Below are positions 1 through 9,554 of a stretch of 64,000 nt of DNA, piece by piece; the stretch's first letter is position 1, and every line of letters starts with the position of its first letter. Position numbers and translations under genes: made by a program. The DNA is from an uncultured Desulfobacteraceae bacterium. GTDB taxonomy: Bacteria; Desulfobacterota; Desulfobacteria; Desulfobacterales; SKZT01. Location: positions 76,588 through 140,587 of the forward strand of contig CAYZJH010000001.1 of the NCBI GenBank assembly GCA_964478625.1. Reading direction: 5' to 3'. The notes under the pieces are model-generated. The model was not told the origin of the DNA, did no database searches, and saw nothing but the letters and a program-made list of their open reading frames with translations.

Positions 1-16
1 AGAGAAAGGCAAAAAA

Positions 17-1954
17 TTGAGTCCGATCGACAATAAGATCATTGACGAAAAATTTGGAGTCATTTTAGCCGAAGCTCAACGTCGTAAAAATGATCGACAA
101 AATATTTCCATACCCAGAATTCACATCGGTTTATCCACTTGTGGTATTGCAGCCGGTGCCATGGAAACGAAAACAGCCTTCGAAGAAACGCTGTTATCAA
201 GGGGAATTGAAGCTCATATTCATTGCGTAGGGTGTATTGGGCATTGCTATGCGGAACCTTGGGTTATCATTGAAAATCCTCAAATGGGATTTCCTCCGAT
301 TTTTTATCCTCAAGTCACAGCAGGAAAAGCCAAAATGCTCACCAAGCTTTATTTAGAGGAAGGAGATCCCAGGCTGGAACATATTCTCGGAGCCATGGAA
401 GAAAACGAGATGATTCCCTCGGTATGGGAGTTTTCAAGATTTAGCCAGGAAAAGCGAATTGTGATGGAGCTTTGCGGTAAAATTGATCCAGATGATATCT
501 ACGAATATATTGCTGAGAAAGGATATTCATCATGGTCCAATGCTTTGAAAAGCCAGCCTGGTGAAGTTTTAAAACAAATTAAAGATTCCGGACTAAGGGG
601 CAGAGGCGGGGCTGGTTTTCCCACAGGAAAAAAGTGGGAACTAGCGCTAAAACAAACCCATTCGGAAAAAATCGTCATCTGCAATGCCGATGAAGGTGAT
701 CCCGGAGCCTACATGGACAGGACTATTCTGGAAAGTAACCCTCATCAGGTGTTGGAAGGTCTTGCCCTTTGCGCTTATGCAATCGGAGCACATAAAGCGA
801 TTTTTTATGTTCGGGCTGAATATCCCCTTGCAGTTAAGACAATTCAGAAAGCTATTTTACAGGCCAGAGAACTGGGTATTGTCGGCGAGAATATTTTGGG
901 TAGTGGATTTAACCTTGAAATTGACGTTTTTCAAGGTTCAGGAGCTTTCGTTTGCGGGGAGGAAACAGCACTGATCCTTTCCATGGAAGGATTACGGGGC
1001 ATGCCTTATCATCGTCCGCCATACCCTGCGGAAAAGGGTTTCCAGGGGCTATCCACAGTCATTAACAATGTTAAAACCCTGGCAGCAGTGCCTCCTATTA
1101 TTAAAAACGGTGCTCCATGGTATCGCCGGATTGGAACCAAAAACAGTCCCGGGACCGCTATTTTTTCTGTTGTCGGAAATGTCACTCATCCCGGCCTGGT
1201 GGAAATTCCGATGGGAGTGACACTCAGGTCTTTAATATTCGATATCTGCGGTGGCATTCCAAATAAGAAAAGGTTTAAAGCAGCGCAAATCGGGGGACCT
1301 TCCGGAGGATGTTTACCCGAAGAATTTCTAGATACACCTATCGATTTTGATTCTTTGACGCAAGCAGGTGCTATGATGGGATCCGGAGGCATGGTAGTCC
1401 TGGACGAAGACACCTGCATGGTCGATGTCGCCAAATATTTTTTAGATTTTACACAAAAGGAATCCTGCGGCAAGTGTACATTCTGCAGAATCGGTACCTG
1501 GCATCTGCTTTCTATCCTGAAGCGTCTGACCATAGGAGAGGGTAAAGAAGGAGATATTGAAACGTTAGAACAGCTCGGCCAAGCAATTAAGGATGGCTCC
1601 TTGTGTGGATTAGGAAAAACTGCCCCCAACCCTGTTCTGACGTCACTGAAATATTTTCGCGAAGAATATGAAGCCCACATCAATGAGGGCCGATGCCCTG
1701 CGGCATCCTGTCGTGCCCTTTCAGCTTTTTATATTGATCTAGAAAAATGCGCTCGAGGCTGTGATGCCTGTATAGGTTGTTGCCCTGTTGATGCTGTATT
1801 TACGACCCTCAGCCGAAAGAAGGGTATTGATCAGCAACTTTGCGTAAAATGCGGCGAATGTAAAGTACATTGCCCACCGGATTACAATGCAATTTTAAGA
1901 ATTTCACCGGCTCACCTTGCCCCCGTAATCGAAAGACCCAAAGAAGAAAATTAA
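17..1954 (+). CDS. NADH-binding flavoprotein of the NuoF/HndC/HydB type. It has an N-terminal thioredoxin-like 2Fe-2S domain, an FMN/NADH core and a C-terminal 2x[4Fe-4S] ferredoxin domain.
   Basis: 645-aa ORF. Motifs GLRGRGGAGFPTGKKW, ICNADEGDPGAY, GSGAFVCGEETAL and ESCGKCTFCR are typical of NuoF. The C terminus has CxxCxxCxxxCP-like ferredoxin motifs. The TTG start is preceded by GAAAGG. The frame is open to the window edge, so the true start could lie upstream. Confidence 0.85.
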   Translation: MSPIDNKIIDEKFGVILAEAQRRKNDRQNISIPRIHIGLSTCGIAAGAMETKTAFEETLLSRGIEAHIHCVGCIGHCYAEPWVIIENPQMGFPPIFYPQVTAGKAKMLTKLYLEEGDPRLEHILGAMEENEMIPSVWEFSRFSQEKRIVMELCGKIDPDDIYEYIAEKGYSSWSNALKSQPGEVLKQIKDSGLRGRGGAGFPTGKKWELALKQTHSEKIVICNADEGDPGAYMDRTILESNPHQVLEGLALCAYAIGAHKAIFYVRAEYPLAVKTIQKAILQARELGIVGENILGSGFNLEIDVFQGSGAFVCGEETALILSMEGLRGMPYHRPPYPAEKGFQGLSTVINNVKTLAAVPPIIKNGAPWYRRIGTKNSPGTAIFSVVGNVTHPGLVEIPMGVTLRSLIFDICGGIPNKKRFKAAQIGGPSGGCLPEEFLDTPIDFDSLTQAGAMMGSGGMVVLDEDTCMVDVAKYFLDFTQKESCGKCTFCRIGTWHLLSILKRLTIGEGKEGDIETLEQLGQAIKDGSLCGLGKTAPNPVLTSLKYFREEYEAHINEGRCPAASCRALSAFYIDLEKCARGCDACIGCCPVDAVFTTLSRKKGIDQQLCVKCGECKVHCPPDYNAILRISPAHLAPVIERPKEEN

Positions 1955-1984
1955 TCATGACAATTTGCTGAAGGAAATAAAGCC

Positions 1985-2626
1985 ATGGTGAAAATCCTGG
2001 TCGATGATAAAATGATTGAAGCTGCAGATGGAGCAAACTTGCTTCAAACCTGCCTAGAAAATAACATTTACATTCCGAACCTGTGTTATCTAAAAGATAT
2101 GGAGCATCCATTCGCCGCCTGCCGCCTATGTTTTGTTGAAATTGACGGTAAGCTTGTTGCTGCATGCACCCAAAAAATAGCCGAAGGTTTGCAGGTTCAA
2201 ACCAACACTCCTGCTGTTCGGGAGTTGCAAAAACTATCCTTTCGACTTTTGCTTTCAGTCCATGAAATTAAATGTAAAGAATGCCCTGCCAATATGCAGT
2301 GTGAACTTCAACGAATTGCAAAATTTCTGAAAGTGGGACTAAAGCCGAAAGGTTTTGGAATGCGCCTTAAGGATCCGGGATTGGATTTCAGTCATCCTTA
2401 TTTAGTGGTTGATCAAAATCGATGTGTACTGTGTGGGAAATGCATTCATATCTGTCGTCAAAAACATGGCCATAGTTACCTGACATTTGCTAAACGCGGG
2501 TTTGATACGGTAATCAGCGCATATACCGAACCTGATGAAATACCCTTAAATTTTTCTGGCTGTACCGCATGTATTGAAATTTGCCCTGTTATGGCTATTT
2601 CACTCAAAGGAGATAAAAAACCTTAG
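1985..2626 (+). CDS. Small FeS protein resembling only the N-terminal part of NuoG/HndD/HydA (2Fe-2S plus 4Fe-4S binding), with no catalytic domain.
   Basis: 213-aa ORF starting 30 nt after the NuoF-like gene. The N terminus (KILVDDKMIEAADGANLLQTCLENNIYIPNLCY...CRLCFVEIDG) matches the 2Fe-2S ferredoxin-like fold of NuoG. CVLCGKCIHIC and CTACIEICP are cluster motifs. Confidence 0.75.
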   Translation: MVKILVDDKMIEAADGANLLQTCLENNIYIPNLCYLKDMEHPFAACRLCFVEIDGKLVAACTQKIAEGLQVQTNTPAVRELQKLSFRLLLSVHEIKCKECPANMQCELQRIAKFLKVGLKPKGFGMRLKDPGLDFSHPYLVVDQNRCVLCGKCIHICRQKHGHSYLTFAKRGFDTVISAYTEPDEIPLNFSGCTACIEICPVMAISLKGDKKP

Positions 2627-2666
2627 AAGCATTTTTTAAGTTACAAAACTTTTTTTCACGGATCAA

Positions 2667-4082
2667 TCATGTTTTTTTGCTCATTTTATATTCTCTGGCG
2701 ATTTTAACCAGAGCTTGAGCCCACTCAGGAGTTCCAAGAGCATGGATATGAGTGTAAGTGGCAAGAACATTTTTATAAACAAATCCGTCTTTATGATCCC
2801 TGATTCCTGAACCGCGTTTCATAGAAAAAACCAGATCGCTTTTTCCTTTGGGGCATTTGAGAACACTGGAATAATGGAATTCATGGCCTTTTAATTCGGT
2901 TCCTACACTGTAATACGGGTTTTTTCTTTCCACGGTGATAACCGTATATCCATGGCCCTGAGGTTTCTTACAGAGGCCGAATTTCAGTGGAAGAACCCCG
3001 GCCATGGGGTAGGATTTATCCTGCAAAACAAGCTCTTCTCCCAAATACATCAATCCTCCGCATTCCGCGTAAACAGGCAACCCACTTTCCGCAAGAAATT
3101 TCAATCTCTTCCGAAAATCTTCCTTTTCAGCCAAAATTTCAGCGTGGGTTTCCGGAAAGCCCCCTCCGATGTAAAGAGCGTCAACCTCTGGAAAATCATT
3201 ATCTTCAAAAGGACTGATAAATATCACAGATGCACCAGCAGCTTTTAACGCCTCGATATTATCCGGATAATAAAATTGAAATGCCGAATCCCTGATGACA
3301 CCTATCGTTGGACTGTCTTTGGCAGTTTGTATGTTATCACCAGGAAATCCTTCCCCAACCAAATGTTCGGTAATTTCTAAGGGGCATGCTTTTTGCGCAA
3401 TATCCAAAACAGCATTTAAATCTATATGGTTCGATACAATATCCCTAATGGCCTTCACAGAATCAATGCCGCGATTGTGTTCAGGGGTAGGAATCAACCC
3501 CATATGCCGTTCAGGAAAATTTTGTTCTTTGAGTTTCGGCACAGCTCCGACCACAGGAATTCCGCAGTGATATTCGATATTTTGGCGAATATTTTTCTGG
3601 TGCCGCAACCCTGCTACATGGTTTAAAATAACACCCTTAAGTTGAACATCAGGATCAAACCTGAGACATCCCAAAACAATGGCCGCTAATGTCCGGGTTG
3701 ATTTAGTGCAATCAAGGCATAATATGACCGGTGTGTTTAATAGTTTGGCCAATTCGGCGGTGCTGGTTTTTCCGAAAGTATCAATACCGTCATATAAACC
3801 GCGATTTCCTTCTATTACGGAAATGTCAGTATACTGGGAATGCCGGAGGAAAGAATGTAGGATTTTTTGATTTGAGATGAGAAAATTGTCCAGATTATAG
3901 CAAGGCCGGCCTGCGGAAAGCGCAAGCCAGCCCGCATCAATGTAATCCGGACCTTTTTTAAAAGGTGCGATAGTTTTTCCCTGTTTTGCCAAAGCCGCGA
4001 TGATTCCAACAGTGATCACCGTTTTTCCGGAGCCTCCCCGTAAGGCAGCAATTAAAATTCTTGGGAGATCGGAAAGCAACAT
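2667..4082 (-). CDS. dsrN: DsrN, a CbiA/CobB-family amidotransferase (cobyrinic acid a,c-diamide synthase-like; siroheme amidase).
   Basis: 471-aa ORF. It has the N-terminal P-loop-like GGSGKTVITVGIIAAL, a C-terminal glutamine amidotransferase region (YAECGGLMYLG) and HEFHYS. It lies directly downstream of dsrD in the dsrABD cluster. Confidence 0.85.
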   Translation of the reverse strand: MLLSDLPRILIAALRGGSGKTVITVGIIAALAKQGKTIAPFKKGPDYIDAGWLALSAGRPCYNLDNFLISNQKILHSFLRHSQYTDISVIEGNRGLYDGIDTFGKTSTAELAKLLNTPVILCLDCTKSTRTLAAIVLGCLRFDPDVQLKGVILNHVAGLRHQKNIRQNIEYHCGIPVVGAVPKLKEQNFPERHMGLIPTPEHNRGIDSVKAIRDIVSNHIDLNAVLDIAQKACPLEITEHLVGEGFPGDNIQTAKDSPTIGVIRDSAFQFYYPDNIEALKAAGASVIFISPFEDNDFPEVDALYIGGGFPETHAEILAEKEDFRKRLKFLAESGLPVYAECGGLMYLGEELVLQDKSYPMAGVLPLKFGLCKKPQGHGYTVITVERKNPYYSVGTELKGHEFHYSSVLKCPKGKSDLVFSMKRGSGIRDHKDGFVYKNVLATYTHIHALGTPEWAQALVKIAREYKMSKKT

Positions 4083-4148
4083 TGGCGTATGAGAAAATAA
4101 CCTAAAAAATCATTCCGAATGGTAATGCCTGAAAACGAAAAACACCGA

Positions 4149-4388
4149 TTAGTCTTCATGCTCAGCATGGGCCTGTTTTCCAGTACCTTTCAGGCCATAC
4201 ATGGATGTACTTCCACTTGACCAATACTCAAGTACTCCATCCTGAACCAACTGATTGATCAGTTTTTTAGCTTCCCTGGGTTTTAAATCAATCAATTTAG
4301 CCAAATCGTTGAAATAAAATTTGGACTTCACCTTCTGTTTTTTGGTAAGCCCATCAACGATCAACTGTTTTGCTTCTTCGTATTCCAT
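4149..4388 (-). CDS. dsrD: DsrD, the small winged-helix protein of the dissimilatory sulfite reductase cluster.
   Basis: 79-aa ORF after dsrB. Sequence KSKFYFNDLAKL...KKLINQLVQDGVLEYWSSGSTSMYGLKG is characteristic of DsrD. Confidence 0.9.
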   Translation of the reverse strand: MEYEEAKQLIVDGLTKKQKVKSKFYFNDLAKLIDLKPREAKKLINQLVQDGVLEYWSSGSTSMYGLKGTGKQAHAEHED

Positions 4389-4412
4389 ACTTCACCCCTT
4401 TTTTTATAATTA

Positions 4413-4440
4413 CGGGGAGCACCAGCGATGGGACTCCCCG
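4413..4440 (-). other. Intercistronic GC-rich stem-loop between dsrB and dsrD.
   Basis: CGGGGAG(14 nt)CTCCCCG is a perfect 7-bp stem in the 65-nt dsrB-dsrD spacer. On the transcribed (minus) strand an A-rich tract follows it rather than a U tract. Confidence 0.5.
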
Positions 4441-4454
4441 TAGTGGGTTTTTAA

Positions 4455-5603
4455 TTAGAACTTGAATTGTGAAGTCTGGCGCCAGGTAAAGTAAGCCGGA
4501 TCACGGAAATCATCGATGAGGTGATGCGAAAATTCCAGTTCGCATTTCTCGAAGAATCTTTCCCATCCGATTCGTTCGGCCCATTCGCCAAGACGTTCAT
4601 ATTTTCTGGCATCGGCGGCATAAACTTCAACCATTTTCTTAATGACATCACAAGTTGATGGCCATCTCGGTGCTTCGTTGGGAATAAAAGCCACAACAAC
4701 TTTTGAGAACTTGGGTGCGCTGATACGGTTGGATACTTTTCCACCAGCCATGATTACGATACCATCACCTTCCTTGTCAGCAAGCGGCAAGGAGGGACAC
4801 ATGGTATAGCAGTTCCCGCAGAACATGCAACGCTCATTGTTAATGGCCACGCTATTGACCTTGGTACCATTAGGCAATTCCACTTTTGCAGGCTTAATGG
4901 CAGCGGTGGGGCATGCTGCAATGGCCAATGGAATTTCACACATTTTGTCAAGGTATTCATGGTCAAGTAGAGGCGGTTTTCGGTGGTAACCCAAAATAGC
5001 GATATCTGAACAGTGAACCGCGCCGCACATATTCAAACAACATGCCAAAGACACCCGGACATGAGCCGGCATTCTGTGATTTTTGAATTCGTCGAAAAGA
5101 ACATCCATAACCGCTTTTACCGGGCCAGAAGCATCCGTGGCCGGGGTATGGCAATGAATCCATCCCTGGGTATGAACGATATTGCTGATCCCTGCGCCGG
5201 TACCACCCACCGGAAACTTGAAACTTCCAGCAGCAAATTTTCGGCTTTCAAGATCATCAATCAACGGCTGAACTTTGTCTTTGCTGTCAACCATAAATTC
5301 GATGTTATTTCGTGTAGTAAAACGCAAATACCCGCCACAATGTTTATCGGCGATTTCACAAATTTCACGAATGTGTGTAACCGACATTAAACGGGCTCCG
5401 CCGCAACGAACCGTGTAGACTTCATCACCTGATTCTGCGACATGCACCAGAACGCCGGGCTTCAGATATTCGTGATATAACCATTTGCCCTTATTTTTAG
5501 CGATGACCGGAGGGTAAAATTCATCATATTTCCGAGGACCAATATCAGTGATCCTATCCTCCATCGGTTTATCCGGATTATATCCTGAAGAAATAAATGC
5601 CAT
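4455..5603 (-). CDS. dsrB: Dissimilatory sulfite reductase beta subunit.
   Basis: 382-aa ORF 12 nt downstream of dsrA. It has a sulfite/nitrite reductase ferredoxin-like fold, siroheme-[4Fe-4S] cysteine motifs ([20 protein letters not shown]) and an inserted ferredoxin domain ([12 protein letters not shown]). Confidence 0.95.
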   Translation of the reverse strand: MAFISSGYNPDKPMEDRITDIGPRKYDEFYPPVIAKNKGKWLYHEYLKPGVLVHVAESGDEVYTVRCGGARLMSVTHIREICEIADKHCGGYLRFTTRNNIEFMVDSKDKVQPLIDDLESRKFAAGSFKFPVGGTGAGISNIVHTQGWIHCHTPATDASGPVKAVMDVLFDEFKNHRMPAHVRVSLACCLNMCGAVHCSDIAILGYHRKPPLLDHEYLDKMCEIPLAIAACPTAAIKPAKVELPNGTKVNSVAINNERCMFCGNCYTMCPSLPLADKEGDGIVIMAGGKVSNRISAPKFSKVVVAFIPNEAPRWPSTCDVIKKMVEVYAADARKYERLGEWAERIGWERFFEKCELEFSHHLIDDFRDPAYFTWRQTSQFKF

Positions 5604-5615
5604 GATTCCCCCTTT

Positions 5616-6929
5616 TTATCTCTGATGGTATTTTCTGAATTCGTTGATGTCGCGATCCCAACCACCTTCGACTTCTTCTTCTTTCCAGAAGATGTAGGGG
5701 TTGGTACGAGGTTCTTGGACCATCCGCGGATCAGGGTCAAGACCAGCCACTTCAAGAAGCTTCTGAAGGCCCTGACGTTTCATCAACTCTCCAAGACGCT
5801 CCCGGTTTTTGCCCTCTTCCATCCACCAGTCCCAAATCGGTTCGATCACGTTTTCCTTAATTTCGGTGTAGGGAGCCTCAGCCTTGATAAAAGGCACGAT
5901 CAGCGTACCCAGTTGAGCACCATCAAGAATCGGAGCTTTCGCGCCTGCAAAAATCGATAAGCCTCGATCGTCGCCGATTCGCAAGGCTCTGGGCATAACA
6001 TTGATACAATGCATGCAGCGAGTACATTCCCTGTTGTCAATTTTCAATGTCTTGCCATCCATCCACATACATTCCGTGGGGCACAACCCGATGACTTCTT
6101 TTTGGATGTCAAATTTACCCCAATCACGTCCGCTGTGGGCACCGGCATTAGGCACAAATTCACCACCGATATAAGCTTGAACAGCTTCCTGATCGATTTT
6201 GATATCATCTTTCCAGGTTCCGATAAAAGACATGTCCGCACGCGCAATCGATGCAACACAACCATTCGGGCACCCGTCAAACTTAAATTTGAATTTATAC
6301 GGGAAGGCTGGACGATGAAGTTCATCCTGATATTCCATTGTCAGGTCGTAACAAAGATCCTGTGTATCGTAACAGGCGTACTCACAACGGGCTTGACCGA
6401 TACAATCTGCAGGGGTTCTCAGGTTGGAGCCTGAACCGCCCAGGTCCTGCCCGATATTGTGTGTCAACTCATAGAAAATTTCTTCGAGCTGCTTGGTGGT
6501 GGTGCCAAGGAAAATAATATCGCCGGTAGAACCGTGCATATTGGTGATTCCACTGCCCCTAAAATCCCATAAATCAACAATTTTTCTAAGGTGTTCAGTT
6601 GTGTAGAATTTTCCACCAGGTTGGGCAACTCGCATGGTGTGAAAATGTGCAACGCCAGGAAACATTTCCGGCTGATCGCAATATCGGCCGATAACGCCAC
6701 CACCATAGCCAAATACGCCAACAATACCGCCATGTTTCCAGTGGGTCCGACCATGCTTAAAGGAAAGCTCAAGGACACCCAAAATGTCTTCGACCACATC
6801 GACCGGGATCTGATATTCGATACCATCTGGGTTTTTGGCCCGTCTCTCGGCCTCTTGCTTCAAGTCGGACACGAAGCTGGGCCAGGGTCCGGATTCTAAC
6901 TGGTCCAACATTGGGATTTCATGTTTCAT
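5616..6929 (-). CDS. dsrA: Dissimilatory sulfite reductase alpha subunit.
   Basis: 437-aa ORF with N terminus LESGPWPSFVSDLK, typical of DsrA. Cluster motifs are CEYACYDTQ, DGCPNGC and CTRCMHCINVMP. A GGAGG RBS precedes the ATG. Confidence 0.95.
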   Translation of the reverse strand: MKHEIPMLDQLESGPWPSFVSDLKQEAERRAKNPDGIEYQIPVDVVEDILGVLELSFKHGRTHWKHGGIVGVFGYGGGVIGRYCDQPEMFPGVAHFHTMRVAQPGGKFYTTEHLRKIVDLWDFRGSGITNMHGSTGDIIFLGTTTKQLEEIFYELTHNIGQDLGGSGSNLRTPADCIGQARCEYACYDTQDLCYDLTMEYQDELHRPAFPYKFKFKFDGCPNGCVASIARADMSFIGTWKDDIKIDQEAVQAYIGGEFVPNAGAHSGRDWGKFDIQKEVIGLCPTECMWMDGKTLKIDNRECTRCMHCINVMPRALRIGDDRGLSIFAGAKAPILDGAQLGTLIVPFIKAEAPYTEIKENVIEPIWDWWMEEGKNRERLGELMKRQGLQKLLEVAGLDPDPRMVQEPRTNPYIFWKEEEVEGGWDRDINEFRKYHQR

Positions 6930-7120
6930 CGTGTTACCTCCATTAATGTTAATAATTCGCTACTCAAAATAAACCGATTTTAAAGCTATGGTTTCTGAGT
7001 CACCTCCTCTCAGCTATGAATATTTTTTAATCTGTCATTTCACTGATGTTTGAATTCAAATTTAATCTTACATGTTTTTAACAACCCATAATAATCATAT
7101 GTATATTTTAAACTCATCTC

Positions 7121-7148
7121 CTATATTACGGCCCTGGTTCCATGTCAA
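7121..7148 (-). promoter_or_regulatory. Candidate sigma70-type promoter for dsrABDN.
   Basis: On the minus strand: TTGACA (7148..7143), a 16-nt spacer, then TATAGG (7126..7121). It sits about 190 nt upstream of the dsrA ATG. The -10 element is weak and the call rests on sequence only. Confidence 0.25.
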
Positions 7149-7261
7149 GGGCCATTATATATTAAGTGATTAATCACCGATTTAAAGGGGCAGATATAGT
7201 ATCAATGCAGCTCTTTGTCAATAAAAAATAAATTTTCAGTGATTGTTTTAAAATCCCCTGC

Positions 7262-8437
7262 TCATGGATGCGTCGCGGCAGCAGAAAAAAAGTGTCGTGC
7301 AAAACGATAAAATATCGAAGCATGAGTATCAATCCTGGGTTTAATCAACGGCAATTCAGGGGACTCCTGAGGATATGTTGCAAGAATGTCGTCAAAAAGG
7401 TTTCTAATTGAAGATTCCGAATGGTAAGATAAGTAAGCACCAAAATGATCGACCAAATTTGGGGAAATGATATTTCTCAGGGCTTTTTGCACCAACCCTT
7501 TGAAAAAACCATCGATGGTTGCCATCACAAAAATATCACTGGCCCAGACTAGATCCCCAACCCCTTTAATGCGATCGATACGATTTTTTACACTCAGATC
7601 CGACAGAAACACCAGTGCCGCCTCCAACAATGATTCAATATCATTTTCATCATTGTATACCAAGGGATAATATCCCCTGGCAGTCACAAGCTTTACCTGA
7701 ACCTGGTCACCATCGATCTTTACAACAAAATCGCCGGCAGCATGATGCCAGGGATGAATCCGTTCAGATGTTTTCAAATTAAGATAGCAGGTATGGATTA
7801 AGGCCGTCTGGCGATATATTTCATAGGCCAGTTTTTCAGAAAGGAAATGATTGCCCGTTTTCTGATCCCAAACCTCAACACGACAATTTCCGCCATGGTC
7901 GATTGAATGAATATGAAACTCATTAAAATCTGAGAACCATTGCCCCAGAAACATTTGAAAATCACAGGAGCCTGCAGCATTGGAGATCTGTCCATATTCA
8001 TAAACGGAGGGGATATACTCGTATGGGAATTCTCGTCGAAGCTTTCCAAGAAGCTCAAACTCCTTTTTGGCAATACTGAGCCCTGCTCTACTAACCGCAA
8101 CGTTTAGAGCAAACTTCCACTCATGCGTTGCCGTTGTCACTTCAACTTTTGAAGGATGATAATATTCTCCGTGTTTTTCAAGAAAAACTGAAATATTATT
8201 AATTTTATCCTGAGAAATCAAAATGTTGGATTGCTGAAAAATCGATGAGATAATCCTTTGGAAACCATTTTCTGATATAAATGCTTCAGTCGCTTTAAAA
8301 TAATCACCATATTTAACATCCCTGCCTGCCTCCGGCGTTCCTTTCATTCGACCAACAAGAAGCCTCTCACCCCATAAAGGATCGGTTTCTTGAATGGAAT
8401 CGGGTAGATCAGATAAGAAAAAATTAAATTTATTCAA
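7262..8437 (-). CDS. Hypothetical protein (391 aa) with no family I can name.
   Basis: Long uninterrupted ORF with non-repetitive composition, between the TPR gene and dsrA on the same strand. No recognisable catalytic motif. There is a faint kinase-fold-like stretch (HPWHHAAGDFVVKIDGD). Confidence 0.6.
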   Translation of the reverse strand: MNKFNFFLSDLPDSIQETDPLWGERLLVGRMKGTPEAGRDVKYGDYFKATEAFISENGFQRIISSIFQQSNILISQDKINNISVFLEKHGEYYHPSKVEVTTATHEWKFALNVAVSRAGLSIAKKEFELLGKLRREFPYEYIPSVYEYGQISNAAGSCDFQMFLGQWFSDFNEFHIHSIDHGGNCRVEVWDQKTGNHFLSEKLAYEIYRQTALIHTCYLNLKTSERIHPWHHAAGDFVVKIDGDQVQVKLVTARGYYPLVYNDENDIESLLEAALVFLSDLSVKNRIDRIKGVGDLVWASDIFVMATIDGFFKGLVQKALRNIISPNLVDHFGAYLSYHSESSIRNLFDDILATYPQESPELPLIKPRIDTHASIFYRFARHFFSAAATHP

Positions 8438-8584
8438 CGGCGATAACTTCTGTTTTCAGCTCAAAACAATCATCCAAGGAAGGTAGCTTGTAAATGAATT
8501 AAAGGGTACAAGGACCAAAATTCAAATCATTCGATTCCTTTTCAACAGGATCGACACTTATAACTTACAGAATCAAGTTCATCA

Positions 8585-9214
8585 TCATCGTTGACTGCGA
8601 TACTCCTCGATTTCCTTCAAAATATTCTCGGCAACCTCATAGCCCAACTCTATAGCTTTTTCACAGTGCCTAGCTGCCAAATCGTGCAATCCCTTTTCAA
8701 GGTATGCTATGGCAAGATTATTATGAGCAACGGCAAAGTTAGGCTCAATTTCAAGGGCTTTCAGGTTGGCTTCGATACTTTCATCCAGTTGACCATTCAT
8801 TAAATAGGCGTTGGCAAGATTTGAATAAGCCTGCACAAAGTTTGGATTCCACCGAACAGCTTTTTCCAAGTTATAAATCGCATCTTCGATTTTCCCCTGC
8901 TGCAGGTATACAAATCCGATGTTTCCATAACCCTCAGAAAAACCAGCCCTTGAGTGGATTGCATCCTTATTGTATTTCAAACAGCCTTCCAAATCCCCCT
9001 TGTTTAAACAAAGGCCTCCAAGAAGCACATAAGCTTCAGCCAGGTTTGGGCTGCAATGAACAGCAGCCTTTAGTGAAGCTTCGGCTTCTTCATAGCGTTT
9101 TTGCCCGATAAGCGCAACAGCAAGGTTATAGTGGGAAGCCCCGCAATCCGGGTTTGAGGCGATTGCCTCTCTAGCTTTGGCGATAAATTCATCCGCATTT
9201 TTGGCTTGAACCAT
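8585..9214 (-). CDS. Tetratricopeptide (TPR) repeat protein.
   Basis: 209-aa ORF built from repeated 34-residue A/Y/L/G/N-patterned units (e.g. AEAYVLLGGLCLNKGDLEGCLKYNKDAI; AVAHNNLAIAYLEKGLHDLAARHCEKAIELG). Confidence 0.8.
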   Translation of the reverse strand: MVQAKNADEFIAKAREAIASNPDCGASHYNLAVALIGQKRYEEAEASLKAAVHCSPNLAEAYVLLGGLCLNKGDLEGCLKYNKDAIHSRAGFSEGYGNIGFVYLQQGKIEDAIYNLEKAVRWNPNFVQAYSNLANAYLMNGQLDESIEANLKALEIEPNFAVAHNNLAIAYLEKGLHDLAARHCEKAIELGYEVAENILKEIEEYRSQR

Positions 9215-9554
9215 GATAATATCCCTAATGATCTTTTATGAATTGATAATATTTTTATAACCTGTTAATCAGTTAATCCATTATATTCAGCTCATTGTTA
9301 AACCTCAAAAAAAGTAAGTATACGCTAATTCATTCTATAATGAAACCCAAAATTCACCTCGGATTTTTCATTTTTCCGAAATGTTTTCAGTTTCTCATCT
9401 CAAGAATTTTTTCTAAGACTTTTTTTCTTGACATGGTACCCTCATTTCTTTACCTTTCAGATATTTTTAACGTATCTTTCATTTACGCATTGCCGCCGAC
9501 GACCAACATGTAGGTTATTCAACTTTTCAATTTTCTGATAGCAAGGGGGATATT

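Noticed and set aside
1186-1683. 165-aa minus-strand ORF inside the NuoF-like gene. There are many similar antisense ORFs within dsrA/B, pilQ, groEL, fadB-like and other genes, e.g. 5013..5390, 6009..6434, 17730..18149, 59839..60144 and 62197..62526.
   Set aside because: All lie fully inside strongly supported genes on the opposite strand and have Pro/Ser/Arg-rich or otherwise odd composition. They are typical shadow frames.
9295-9513. 72-aa ORF in the intergenic region between the TPR gene and the dapA-like gene.
   Set aside because: It starts with TTG in an AT-rich promoter region, and the translation is F/I/L/K-rich and low-complexity. It has no RBS and probably represents noncoding promoter DNA.
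9215-9554. Possible lysine riboswitch or leader upstream of the dapA-family gene.
   Set aside because: The region is AT-rich, without the conserved GC-rich helices or the AGAGGCGC-type core of the L-box. Only a weak TTGACA-N17-TACCTT promoter-like pair is present.
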